DNA of 64,000 nt, taken from the NCBI GenBank assembly GCA_025361625.1, contig JANYKL010000017.1, positions 10,033 to 74,032 on the forward strand, in the 5' to 3' direction. Below the pieces are notes generated by a model. The model was not told the DNA's origin. It saw nothing but the letters and a program-made list of their open reading frames with translations, and did no database searches. The DNA is from Acidobacteriaceae bacterium (lineage in GTDB: Bacteria; Acidobacteriota; Terriglobia; Terriglobales; Acidobacteriaceae). Of this stretch, positions 1-8,277 are shown piece by piece (within the stretch, counting starts at the first letter, position 1; each line of letters opens with the position of its first letter). Position numbers and translations under genes: made by a program.

Positions 1-314
1 GGCGCCGTGGTAAGCACGAAGAAGACCATGATGGTTCCATGCATGGTCAGCAATTGCAGATAGAGTTCGGGCGTCATCACGCCGCCGGGCGCGCCGCTTT
101 GCGACAACAACTGGAGTCCGGGGATGGCTGCGTTTGTCCATGCAAGATGAATACGCATCAGCCAGGAAAGGAACATTCCAACGTATGCGGCCACCAGGGC
201 TAACGCGTAATACTGTTTGCCAATGACCTTATGATCCTGGCTGAATACGTGTTTCCGAAGAAAGGTCGTCGGAGGACCGTGATGTGCTGCCGCGTGGACT
301 GACGTGTCGTGCAT
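1..314 (-). CDS. ctaD: cytochrome c oxidase subunit I, N-terminal part (gene runs off the window start)
   Basis: My own minus-strand translation from the ATG at 314 gives MHDTSVHAAAHHGPPTTFLRKHVFSQDHKVIGKQYYALALVAAYVGMFLSWLMRIHLAW...LYLQLLTMHGTIMVFFVLTTA. It carries the subunit-I hallmarks DHKxIGxxY and HGxIMxFF. GAGGTGG Shine-Dalgarno about 5 nt upstream. Absent from the ORF track because no stop lies inside the window. It sits directly downstream of coxB. Confidence 0.85.
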   Translation of the reverse strand, partial: MHDTSVHAAAHHGPPTTFLRKHVFSQDHKVIGKQYYALALVAAYVGMFLSWLMRIHLAWTNAAIPGLQLLSQSGAPGGVMTPELYLQLLTMHGTIMVFFVLTTA

Positions 315-365
315 GGAACCCACCTCGGGAGATATTTCGAATCGCCGCTTTCGCGGACGAAAAAA

Positions 366-1166
366 TTATTGTCCGGCCTGCTGTTTGAGCCATGCGTCAA
401 AGTCCGCCTGGGGCATGACATTCAGATAGGCTTTCATGTTGTAGTGCCCTAAGCCACAAAGCTGGGTGCAGACGATTTCATACTTACCAACTTTAGTGGC
501 CGTGAAATGGAGCGTCACGTCAAGCCCCGGCACGAAGTCCTGCTGCAGGCGTAACTCTCGCACAAAAAATGAGTGACCCACATCCTTCGCATGCATCAGA
601 AGATGAATTTCTTTGTTGACGGGGACCGCCATTTCGGCCGCCACAATGTCGTCTCTCGCATCCACGTCATGCTCTGGATCAAGGCCGAAAATATTCTGCG
701 TTCCTTCATTCACCATCTCGGGATGAATGCCGCCGAATTTTTTATCCGGGCCGGGATAGCGGAAATAGAACGCGAATTGCCCTGCCTGCGCTTGTATCGG
801 CATGGCATCAGAGCTGGGAGGCGTGAAATAAACATTCGCCCAAGCCTTCGCGCCGAAGACGCCGAGGGCCAAGACCTCAATGCCCACGACCAGGAAAGCG
901 GCAATCACTAACCCCTTCGCGCCTCCGGGAAATTTTGTGATCTTCGCGTCAGCAGGACGATTGGAGAATTTCCAGATGAAGAATCCCAATACGAATTGCG
1001 CGGCCAGAAAGGAGATGCCAGCCTCGGCCATCGTTTCCGACATTTGCTTGTCGATCAAGGCTCCGTGGGTCGAGATATCCTCCGGCGCCACCCAGGTGTG
1101 CCGCAGAATGGGTATCGCGGAGAGAATCGCGATTACGAAGATGGTGACGGCAAACAACTTCGCCAT
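366..1166 (-). CDS. ctaC: cytochrome c oxidase subunit II (CuA cupredoxin domain, no fused cytochrome c)
   Basis: ORF 366..1202. Two N-terminal TM helices, then the CuA motif VCTQLCGLGHYNM (CxxxCxxxHxxM) plus an upstream H in DVGHSF. The probable start is the MAKLFAV Met at 1166; 1202 is the alternative. Confidence 0.9.
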   Translation of the reverse strand: MAKLFAVTIFVIAILSAIPILRHTWVAPEDISTHGALIDKQMSETMAEAGISFLAAQFVLGFFIWKFSNRPADAKITKFPGGAKGLVIAAFLVVGIEVLALGVFGAKAWANVYFTPPSSDAMPIQAQAGQFAFYFRYPGPDKKFGGIHPEMVNEGTQNIFGLDPEHDVDARDDIVAAEMAVPVNKEIHLLMHAKDVGHSFFVRELRLQQDFVPGLDVTLHFTATKVGKYEIVCTQLCGLGHYNMKAYLNVMPQADFDAWLKQQAGQ

Positions 1167-1244
1167 ACAGCCTCCAACAAAGGTTCTACAGGTTCTACAC
1201 AAAAAGAAGGCGGCGGAGAGACTTACATTCCGCCGCCAGATTGC

Positions 1245-1946
1245 TTAATAGGCTTTCGCCTTGAAGGTGAAGTTTACGTCCTTGGACTCGGCGCCGGTAA
1301 TGGTGACGTCGGCGGTCTGTGTGCCGTAATCCTCATGCCATGCGGTCAACGTGTACTTGCCGGGAGGAAGATCAGGCAGTTTGAATTCGCCACCGCTCTT
1401 GCTCACGTCATAGTGATTCGTTTTCAGCACCACGAAGTAGCCGTGCATCCAGGGATGGATGTTGCACTTTACGGGGATGAACTCTTCCTTTTCATACTTC
1501 TGCGTAATCGGCGGGGTTCCGGGTGGCTGCGACTTATTCCACTCCTGGTTCACTTTTGCCAGCGGGTGGATGTTATGGGAGGTCTGGTCGCTGTTGCTGA
1601 TCTTCAGTTCCTGATTGGTGTGCATGGGCAGCACGTGGGGAACATACTGGCATCCCTTTTGATCGTAGGTTACAGCCTGGCTGGGAACCTTACCATCGTC
1701 GTTTGCGCCTGCAGACACGTAGACTACGACGTTCTCAAGGGAGTTGTTTGCACCGGTAACAACGTTTTCACCGGTGATTGGAGTGGCGTGCTGTTTCGCA
1801 CAGCTCGGCTCCTTCGACATATCAATTGGCTTTTGCTTGGCTGGCGTGCCCGTGTAAGTCACCTTGCCGGTGACTGATCCGGCGAACATGAGTGACGAAC
1901 TCATAAGCAACGTTGAAAAGACAAACAATGTTTTCTTAGTGCGCAT
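1245..1946 (-). CDS. secreted type-1 copper cupredoxin fused to CarboxypepD_reg-like beta-sandwich domain(s)
   Basis: Signal peptide MRTKKTLFVFSTLLMSSSLMFA. Amicyanin-like ligand pattern: SHNIHP ... CNIHPWM (C-x2-H-x2-M). C-terminal LPPGKYTLTAWHEDYG...NFTFKAK is typical of carboxypeptidase-regulatory-like folds. Strong SD GAAGGAGGAAG. Confidence 0.7.
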   Translation of the reverse strand: MRTKKTLFVFSTLLMSSSLMFAGSVTGKVTYTGTPAKQKPIDMSKEPSCAKQHATPITGENVVTGANNSLENVVVYVSAGANDDGKVPSQAVTYDQKGCQYVPHVLPMHTNQELKISNSDQTSHNIHPLAKVNQEWNKSQPPGTPPITQKYEKEEFIPVKCNIHPWMHGYFVVLKTNHYDVSKSGGEFKLPDLPPGKYTLTAWHEDYGTQTADVTITGAESKDVNFTFKAKAY

Positions 1947-1982
1947 TAGGGTGCTTCCTCCTTCAAGTATTCGCTAATAATT

Positions 1983-2924
1983 TTACTCCTGCCCTCCCCC
2001 GGGCGCCTTGTTCTCAGCGGGGGCGGGGTTGGCAGGCGGCGGGTTCTTATCCACATACGGGGGAATGACTCCGTGCGCGGTTGAAAGAACTTCAGTCTCT
2101 TTTCCGTGGCGGTGGACCTGCAGAGTGCGCAGGAAATGAACGAGGTCCCATGCGTCATTCGGCTGGATTACGTCCGCAAACGACGGCATTGGAGTGCCGT
2201 CGACGCCGGTCATGAAGATGCGGTAAATGTCGCGATTGGTAACTCCGCACTTGAAACGCGAATCGTCTTTCGCGAGCGCGAAGTTATAGGGCCTGATGGG
2301 CTGATCTTTGCTGTCAGTTAGAGTCGCCGCCGACGGTCCATCGCCTTCGCCATGCGGACCGTGACACTTCCAGCATTCCAGTTTCGTGAAAAGCGCCTTG
2401 CCATGCGCGATGCTGTCCATTGTGACAGGGGGCTCGGCTGGAATCTGAATAGGCTGCCCGGGCTTCTCTTTGTCCCAACGCGGCGAGAAAATTTTGATAT
2501 AGGCAACCAGGTCAGCGCGTTGCTGTTTGGTAAATGTGTTCCAAGCCGGCATATTGGAATTCGTAATGCCGCGAACGAGAGTGTTATACAAATCCTCGTC
2601 GGTCGGCAGTGTGCCGGTTGGAGTGGAGCGACACTTGAAGGTCGCAATCGTGAAGTCGCGAGGCTTTGGCTCGATCCAAACTGCGTTTTCGCCATTTCCG
2701 TCGCCATAGGTGCCGTGGCAACCGGCGCAATAACGCTTGTAGTCAGACTTTGCGCTCTCGGAGTGTCCGACGGTATTGCCGATGTGGCTTTCGATAGGCC
2801 TCACCACAACGGACGGCTTGGGATCGATCGTTGGGACGTCTTGAGCAACGGCTTGAACGCCCAAGCCCCCTACTAATGCAGCTCCAAACGCGGTAAGCAG
2901 CAGATAACGCTTTGACCTGTTCAT
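1983..2924 (-). CDS. periplasmic dihaem c-type cytochrome (c4/FixP-like)
   Basis: Two CxxCH motifs (CAGCHGTYGDGNG and CWKCHGPHGEGDG). Each is followed by a Met-ligand region (NSNMPAW, GTPMPSF). Signal peptide. ATG at 2924, with an upstream GTG at 2933 also possible. Confidence 0.85.
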   Translation of the reverse strand: MNRSKRYLLLTAFGAALVGGLGVQAVAQDVPTIDPKPSVVVRPIESHIGNTVGHSESAKSDYKRYCAGCHGTYGDGNGENAVWIEPKPRDFTIATFKCRSTPTGTLPTDEDLYNTLVRGITNSNMPAWNTFTKQQRADLVAYIKIFSPRWDKEKPGQPIQIPAEPPVTMDSIAHGKALFTKLECWKCHGPHGEGDGPSAATLTDSKDQPIRPYNFALAKDDSRFKCGVTNRDIYRIFMTGVDGTPMPSFADVIQPNDAWDLVHFLRTLQVHRHGKETEVLSTAHGVIPPYVDKNPPPANPAPAENKAPGGGQE

Positions 2925-2981
2925 ACTCAACACCCTTGCACCGAAATTAGCGCGAACGGATATCCGCCCGCGGAAAATGTT

Positions 2982-4409
2982 TTAGAAGTCGAAGTCAAAT
3001 CCAGTCAGTACTTCGCTGGAATTGATGTTCGAGCCGGTTAACGGAGCAGTGCCGGTCTGATGGAATAGGTTGAATTCATTGTGCCACGCAAACCCGGCGC
3101 GGCTTGTCATAAACGGGTTATAACGATAGCCAACCGTGTATGTCGTGATGTTCCCCAAGTCGGAACGAGTTCCCGGCGTCGACTGCTGCGACATGCGAAT
3201 GGTTTCGTAACGCGCCAGGAAGATTAACTGCGGGCTGTACACATAATGCGGCTCGACCAAGATGCCATTCCAAGTTGGACTGCGAGAGCCTGCCGCCAAG
3301 GTTGTTCCCGGCGTGTTGTTGTTCACCGCCACGCCGTCGATCAAGTCGCCGTAGCCTTGCCCAAACCAGGCACTGTCCTGACCATGCTGGGTTACGAGTT
3401 GCACGTCGAAGTGCTGCCCGAAGTAGAACTGACCGACGAAACCTTCTCGGCTGAAATTCTTGTTTTGCGTGCCCGATCCGGCGATAGCCGCGTTTGGTCC
3501 GCCGCTGGTGAGCCACGATGTAGGAGCCTGCCCCGCCATCGCATAAAATCCGAGGCGCTGCAGTCCCAGTTTGCCGGCGTCGAAAGCTTGACTACCGGTA
3601 ATGAATGTCGAGTAGGATTGCGCTCCATAGGGCAACCCAACCTGTCCATCACTCGTGCTGAGGAGAGATACCGAGTACCGAGTTCGATCGTTGTAGGAGT
3701 GACCCATGATTTCGAGCCCGAGTTGATTGTCACCCATCTGACCGAAGATGTTACCGTCCCCTACCGGAACGAAGTGATAGAGCTGATAAATCCCTCCGTT
3801 ACCCGTCAAAGTCAAAATGCGCTTTTCAGAAAGTAAGTTGTCGAGTTCGAACTTTCCTAACTTGACGTTGAGCCAGGGACTATTGAAGACGTTGTCCAAG
3901 CGCGCCATGACGGTCTCGAAGTGAAAAGACGCCGTCGCGTCAGACGAAGGAAGAACGTAGAACGAGAAGTTCTTCTCGAGCGTACCGCCAGTGTGAAAGT
4001 CAAGACCGCTAAGATCGAAGCCTGACGAAGTGATGCGCTGCTCGTTCTGGCCTACACTGCTGCCACCGGCTGCGGTGTCCACGACCTGCTTGCCGGAGCT
4101 CAGGCGATGCCATAGGGGGACGATACGGAACGTGACCGGCCAATATCCTGGATTCTGCCAGATGGGACTGTCGTGCTCGTTCATCAGCTGATATCCGTTG
4201 TCTTTAAACTTCTGTCCGAAGTTATTCAACATCGGCCAGCTTTCGTGACAAGCCGAACATCGAAGGCCGTATTTCCTGGCGAACGCTGGGAGCGCGTTTG
4301 CCGACGGACTTGCACTGAGAATCAAGAAAAGTAAAACAAAGGCGGCGGCAAGAAACGAACCGTTTTGCCGCGGCTTGGGATATCCGTGAGATGGCGCCCA
4401 CACACGCAT
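2982..4409 (-). CDS. outer-membrane beta-barrel with a single N-terminal haem c site (Cyc2-like fused cytochrome-porin candidate)
   Basis: Signal peptide ending ...PSANA. It is immediately followed by LPAFARKYGLRCSACHESWPMLNNFGQKFKDNGY (one CxxCH). About 420 aa of alternating Gly/Tyr/Ser-rich beta-strand-like sequence follow, ending FDFDF (C-terminal Phe, an OMP signature). GAGGAG SD before the ATG at 4409. Confidence 0.65.
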   Translation of the reverse strand: MRVWAPSHGYPKPRQNGSFLAAAFVLLFLILSASPSANALPAFARKYGLRCSACHESWPMLNNFGQKFKDNGYQLMNEHDSPIWQNPGYWPVTFRIVPLWHRLSSGKQVVDTAAGGSSVGQNEQRITSSGFDLSGLDFHTGGTLEKNFSFYVLPSSDATASFHFETVMARLDNVFNSPWLNVKLGKFELDNLLSEKRILTLTGNGGIYQLYHFVPVGDGNIFGQMGDNQLGLEIMGHSYNDRTRYSVSLLSTSDGQVGLPYGAQSYSTFITGSQAFDAGKLGLQRLGFYAMAGQAPTSWLTSGGPNAAIAGSGTQNKNFSREGFVGQFYFGQHFDVQLVTQHGQDSAWFGQGYGDLIDGVAVNNNTPGTTLAAGSRSPTWNGILVEPHYVYSPQLIFLARYETIRMSQQSTPGTRSDLGNITTYTVGYRYNPFMTSRAGFAWHNEFNLFHQTGTAPLTGSNINSSEVLTGFDFDF

Positions 4410-4753
4410 GCTGCACTCCTCAGAGATTTTCATAATGATCAAAACAAATGAAGCCCACGCGCGCCGCGAAACTTTCAAAATTGCGTTTGCGTAAGACTCC
4501 TGAAGTCAGGTGCTTGCAGAACATTTTTATTCTCGGTAAAGTGGTCCAACCACCCACCAGCGGCTGGATATTACTACCCCAAGTTACGAAGTGCAAGAGG
4601 GAACGCCGTATTTTTTTACAAATATTTTACAATTTATGATTTTTCAGAGGCTGCCCCAAAGCACAAATCTTTACATAGGAGGCGCGGGGATCCGGTTGAC
4701 ATCAAACGCCGCGAAGTATAAGACTCAGCTTCAAAGTGCGGGGGAGTTAGGTT

Positions 4754-5695
4754 GTGAACGCTGGCAAAATCGTTAGGACGATCGAGCGTCGCGCGGGGCT
4801 GATGATTGCAGCGTTTTTGCTCACAGCCATCCCTGTAACGCCCGCGCTGGGCCGAGAGAAGAACGTCTTACAATACGGGGCCGGCCTAATCGTCAACATA
4901 CCGTCTCCGACGGACGAAGTTGCTCAAGCAGTCGAAGAAGTCGCGCAAAACACGATCATCCGGGGAACCAAGGAATACAACAAAGACGAATATGTGAAGG
5001 GTGCTGAGCAAGCGCAATCGACACCCGTCTTCCCAAAGTGGACGGATGGCGGCAAGGTTTTCTACAAGGTCCGCCTGCATGCGCTGAACCCGTTGAATTT
5101 CAAAAACAGCAACGATGCCGGAACTCTCGCCGTCCGCTACGTGGTTCAACCCCAAGGGGAGAAAAACACTGTGCTGCGCATCGACGCGGTTTTTGTCGAG
5201 GAATTTCGACGAACTGTTCACCAGTCGAATGGCTCGGTCGAGAGCAGCGAGTACAAGGACATACAGGATCGCGTTCAGGCAGCGGAGCTCCTGAAAAAAG
5301 AGACGGCAGAGGCTTTGGAAGCGAAGCAGGAGCACGACACCAAGCAAAAATTTGAGATGGAGAGCAACGCAAACGTTGCCAGCACACCTTCCCCTGACGC
5401 GGAAGCAAAGAGCGCAGCGGCGGAGGCGAGCACTTACGAAAATTCCGTATTGCGCGAAACGGGCGTGTCGCTCGAACAGCATGTTGCCGATCTGCGGCGT
5501 GAAGTGCAGCGCCTGGTGAGGCAACCAGGGGCACCTCTCAAGTCGGCACCCTTCCGCACGGCCAGCACGCTCAGTTCGCTCGATCCGGGAGCGGAGGTCT
5601 TGATTGTCATTTCAACCCGCTACTGGTACGGGGTCGAGACGCACGACGGCCAGCATGGCTGGCTTCGCCGTGATCAGTTGGAAGAAGTGCGATGA
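4754..5695 (+). CDS. hypothetical exported protein, central coiled-coil, C-terminal SH3b-like segment
   Basis: GTG start preceded by GGGGGAG. Hydrophobic N-terminus (RRAGLMIAAFLLTAIPVTPALG). Charged coiled-coil region. C-terminal VLIVISTRYWYGVETHDGQHGWLRRDQL resembles bacterial SH3. ATGA overlap with the next gene. Confidence 0.5.
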   Translation: MNAGKIVRTIERRAGLMIAAFLLTAIPVTPALGREKNVLQYGAGLIVNIPSPTDEVAQAVEEVAQNTIIRGTKEYNKDEYVKGAEQAQSTPVFPKWTDGGKVFYKVRLHALNPLNFKNSNDAGTLAVRYVVQPQGEKNTVLRIDAVFVEEFRRTVHQSNGSVESSEYKDIQDRVQAAELLKKETAEALEAKQEHDTKQKFEMESNANVASTPSPDAEAKSAAAEASTYENSVLRETGVSLEQHVADLRREVQRLVRQPGAPLKSAPFRTASTLSSLDPGAEVLIVISTRYWYGVETHDGQHGWLRRDQLEEVR

Positions 5696-7161
5696 ATCGC
5701 TTCCGTGTGATCTTTGGTGTCATCTGGGGTGTGATCTCGCGGCGCAGCTTTTTATCTTCGGGACTGGCTCTTGGATTGTGGCTGCAGGGGCCAATTGTTG
5801 CCGCACAGAATGCGAGACAATCGGTGGCCACCGCGGCGCAGGTATCGGCCGTCGAACGCACTTTTGCGCTGCCAAAAATCAAAGTTGAAAAGGCTTTGAA
5901 AGAGTTGCAGGCGTCCTTGAGCGGCAGGCTCCCTGCCCTTGATGGATTTGCGGTCGAAGGACAACACCCGTTGTCTCGATATCAGCGCGGATATTATCAA
6001 TCCTCCGTGCAGATCGTTCCGGCTGCCGGTGGAGGATCGACTGTTCGGGTGACGACGAAAGTGACGGCATGGTACGCAGATAAGACTGCCGGGCGATCGG
6101 GCTACCAGTTACTGACTTCAAACGGACGGCTGGAGGCTGACCTTCTAGACCAAATTTCTGACGTTTTAGGCAACACTGTAAGCGCGACTTCCGCTGACGG
6201 CGCATCAGGCTCCGCAGCGAGCGGCTCCGCAGCGAGCGGCACCGCGCGCGAGCCAGCGCCAAGCTCTACAACCAGTCAGACGGCAGCAACGAAAAACGAG
6301 AATCATGGGAGCGATTGGTCAGCAATTTCCGCACCGGGGCCTCGCTCGGGTAAGTCGGCGCCATTCGCTTCTCCGCAGCAATCTCCGTCGCACTCTCCGT
6401 CGCAATCTGTGGGGCTCTCCAGGGACCAACTGGCGGAAACAAAGGGCGCGCAACGGCTGCCTGGCAGCAGCTCCGGAAACACCCTGCAGGCGCAAGCAGC
6501 GGCGCTCGAAGAAGTTCTGAAGAATCAAGCGCATCCCAAAAATCTTGTGGCCATCAAAAAGTCTGGAACGCCGGTTGTGGCGACACCTAGTTTAAGCGGC
6601 AAAACGCTTTTTATGGCGAGCGCTGAAGATGAATTCGAGATGCTCGATTTTAATGCCGACTGGGTGCACGTTCGTATCTCGGGCTTATCGCGCGGCTGGA
6701 TCTGGCGCACGAGCTTAGAGATGCCGGAAGGAATCTCGGATGTTCCGAAGGTCGCCGCTACGGGGGCGGGTGTGATCGCGGATCTATTTCAGGTATCACG
6801 AGAAGAAACGGCGCCTTTCCCGGGTGATTGGGCTCCGCTGCGGGGGAAGAACGTAAAAATCATCTCGGTGCAAAAAATCCAGGAGAACAGCACGAATTCA
6901 GGACCACAGGCCAAGTTGGAATACACGAAGTCGTTGCTCGAGAAAAGTTATGCGGAGCTGTCGTCCAAGGGTCAGGAATTAGCCGGCATTGTCTTGATCT
7001 TCGATTCCATCGACGGCGGAATGATTGCTGCTACGCTGCCAACGGTAAGAGCCTGGAAGGCGGGCACATTGTCGGACGCCGCACTATGGCATCAGTGCTA
7101 TTTTGATCCTCCAGAGACATTCACCGTTTCTTCTTCTCCTTCTCCTGGGGCCGGGCAATGA
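5692..7161 (+). CDS. hypothetical protein with twin-arginine (Tat) signal, Ser/Ala/Pro-rich linker and SH3b-like segment
   Basis: N-terminus has SRRSFLSSGLALGLWL, matching the S/T-R-R-x-F-L Tat consensus. Low-complexity GASGSAASGSAASG...SPQQSPSHSPSQS. DWVHVRISGLSRGWIWRTSL is SH3-like. Start overlaps the upstream stop (ATGA at 5692). Confidence 0.55.
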   Translation: MNRFRVIFGVIWGVISRRSFLSSGLALGLWLQGPIVAAQNARQSVATAAQVSAVERTFALPKIKVEKALKELQASLSGRLPALDGFAVEGQHPLSRYQRGYYQSSVQIVPAAGGGSTVRVTTKVTAWYADKTAGRSGYQLLTSNGRLEADLLDQISDVLGNTVSATSADGASGSAASGSAASGTAREPAPSSTTSQTAATKNENHGSDWSAISAPGPRSGKSAPFASPQQSPSHSPSQSVGLSRDQLAETKGAQRLPGSSSGNTLQAQAAALEEVLKNQAHPKNLVAIKKSGTPVVATPSLSGKTLFMASAEDEFEMLDFNADWVHVRISGLSRGWIWRTSLEMPEGISDVPKVAATGAGVIADLFQVSREETAPFPGDWAPLRGKNVKIISVQKIQENSTNSGPQAKLEYTKSLLEKSYAELSSKGQELAGIVLIFDSIDGGMIAATLPTVRAWKAGTLSDAALWHQCYFDPPETFTVSSSPSPGAGQ

Positions 7162-7341
7162 CGGCGATTGCAGATAGTAGTTGCCAAAATGCTCAAACAG
7201 ATGCGAGCATCGTGTGTTCAAGCATCACGGCGAAACTGGGGCCGGGTGCGGCGCTTGTGTAAATGCTCCGGCGCCAGTTGCGCTTTTTGCAACTAAGGAC
7301 ACACAATAATAAGCGGTAAATTATCGAGTAAGCGTGGGGTC

Positions 7342-8244
7342 ATGGTACAAAAATTCTCATCGTTACTGCGCGATTATGCCGAGCTTACTAAGGCGCGCAT
7401 TACAACTTTGATTGTTCTGACGGCGTGGTGCGGCTACTTCTTTGGCGCGCGCCGCATGGGCGTACCTTCACTGTCGCTAGGATTGTTGGAGGCGTTGTTT
7501 GGAATAGCTTTGGTTTCGAGCGGCACTGCTGCGTTGAACGAAGTTCTTGAAACCTCGGTCGACGCGAAGATGCGGCGAACTGCCCGACGCCCGCTGCCTT
7601 CCGGCCGCATGAGCAAGGCCCACGCAGTCACGATCGGGTTAGGACTGACTTTAGGGGGCTCAGCTTATCTGGCAATCTATGCCAACTTACTAACTGGGTT
7701 ACTCGTATTTCTGACCGCGCTGGTTTACCTCGCGGCATATACTCCGCTGAAAAAGATATCTCCTATCTGCACTTTTGTCGGAGCATTTCCAGGAGCGATG
7801 CCGGTCGTTTTAGGCTGGACCGCAGTCCGCAATCGCGTCGAAATCGAAACCGTCATTCTGTTTGCCATTATGTTTGTTTGGCAATTTCCCCACTTTTTAT
7901 CGATCGCGTGGCTGTACCGGGAAGATTACGCGCAAGGCGATATTCGAATGCTTCCGGTGGTCGAATCGGATGGAAAATCGACAATCTGGCGTATTTTGGC
8001 CTATTCCGCGATCCTGATTCCGGTGAGCTTGATGCCGGTTGCTTTGGGAATGGCCGGACGTTGGTACTTGATCGGCGCGGTGTTGATGGGTGCTGCGCTC
8101 TTCCGCGTGTCGATGGGAATGTATTACCCGCAACTGCCCGCTACGGCTTCGGCGTCGAAAGCACCAGCGCGCCGGTTGCTGCGAGCTACCATCTTTTATC
8201 TGCCTGCACTTTTTGCGCTGATGATGGTCAACTCCGGTAAGTAA
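7342..8244 (+). CDS. ctaB: protohaem IX farnesyltransferase (haem O synthase)
   Basis: UbiA-family polytopic membrane protein. LTKARITTLIVLTAWCGYF and NEVLETSVDAKMRRTARRPLPSG (N..D...D..M.RT..RP motif). WQFPHFLSIAWLYREDY is typical of CyoE/CtaB. Confidence 0.9.
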   Translation: MVQKFSSLLRDYAELTKARITTLIVLTAWCGYFFGARRMGVPSLSLGLLEALFGIALVSSGTAALNEVLETSVDAKMRRTARRPLPSGRMSKAHAVTIGLGLTLGGSAYLAIYANLLTGLLVFLTALVYLAAYTPLKKISPICTFVGAFPGAMPVVLGWTAVRNRVEIETVILFAIMFVWQFPHFLSIAWLYREDYAQGDIRMLPVVESDGKSTIWRILAYSAILIPVSLMPVALGMAGRWYLIGAVLMGAALFRVSMGMYYPQLPATASASKAPARRLLRATIFYLPALFALMMVNSGK

Positions 8245-8277
8245 TCTTAAATTGCGAAGATCCGATATCTGGGCAGG

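Noticed and set aside
996-1877. 293-aa plus-strand ORF spanning the coxB and cupredoxin region
   Set aside because: It is antisense to two genes with unambiguous motifs (the CuA site and the type-1 Cu site). Its Gly/Arg/His-rich composition is typical of shadow ORFs in GC-rich DNA, and it has no SD.
4696-4722. Sigma70-like promoter TTGACA-N15-TATAAG upstream of the 4754 gene
   Set aside because: The hexamers are good, but the 15-nt spacer is shorter than the usual 16-18 nt, and acidobacterial promoter consensus is not something I can verify. I left it unannotated.
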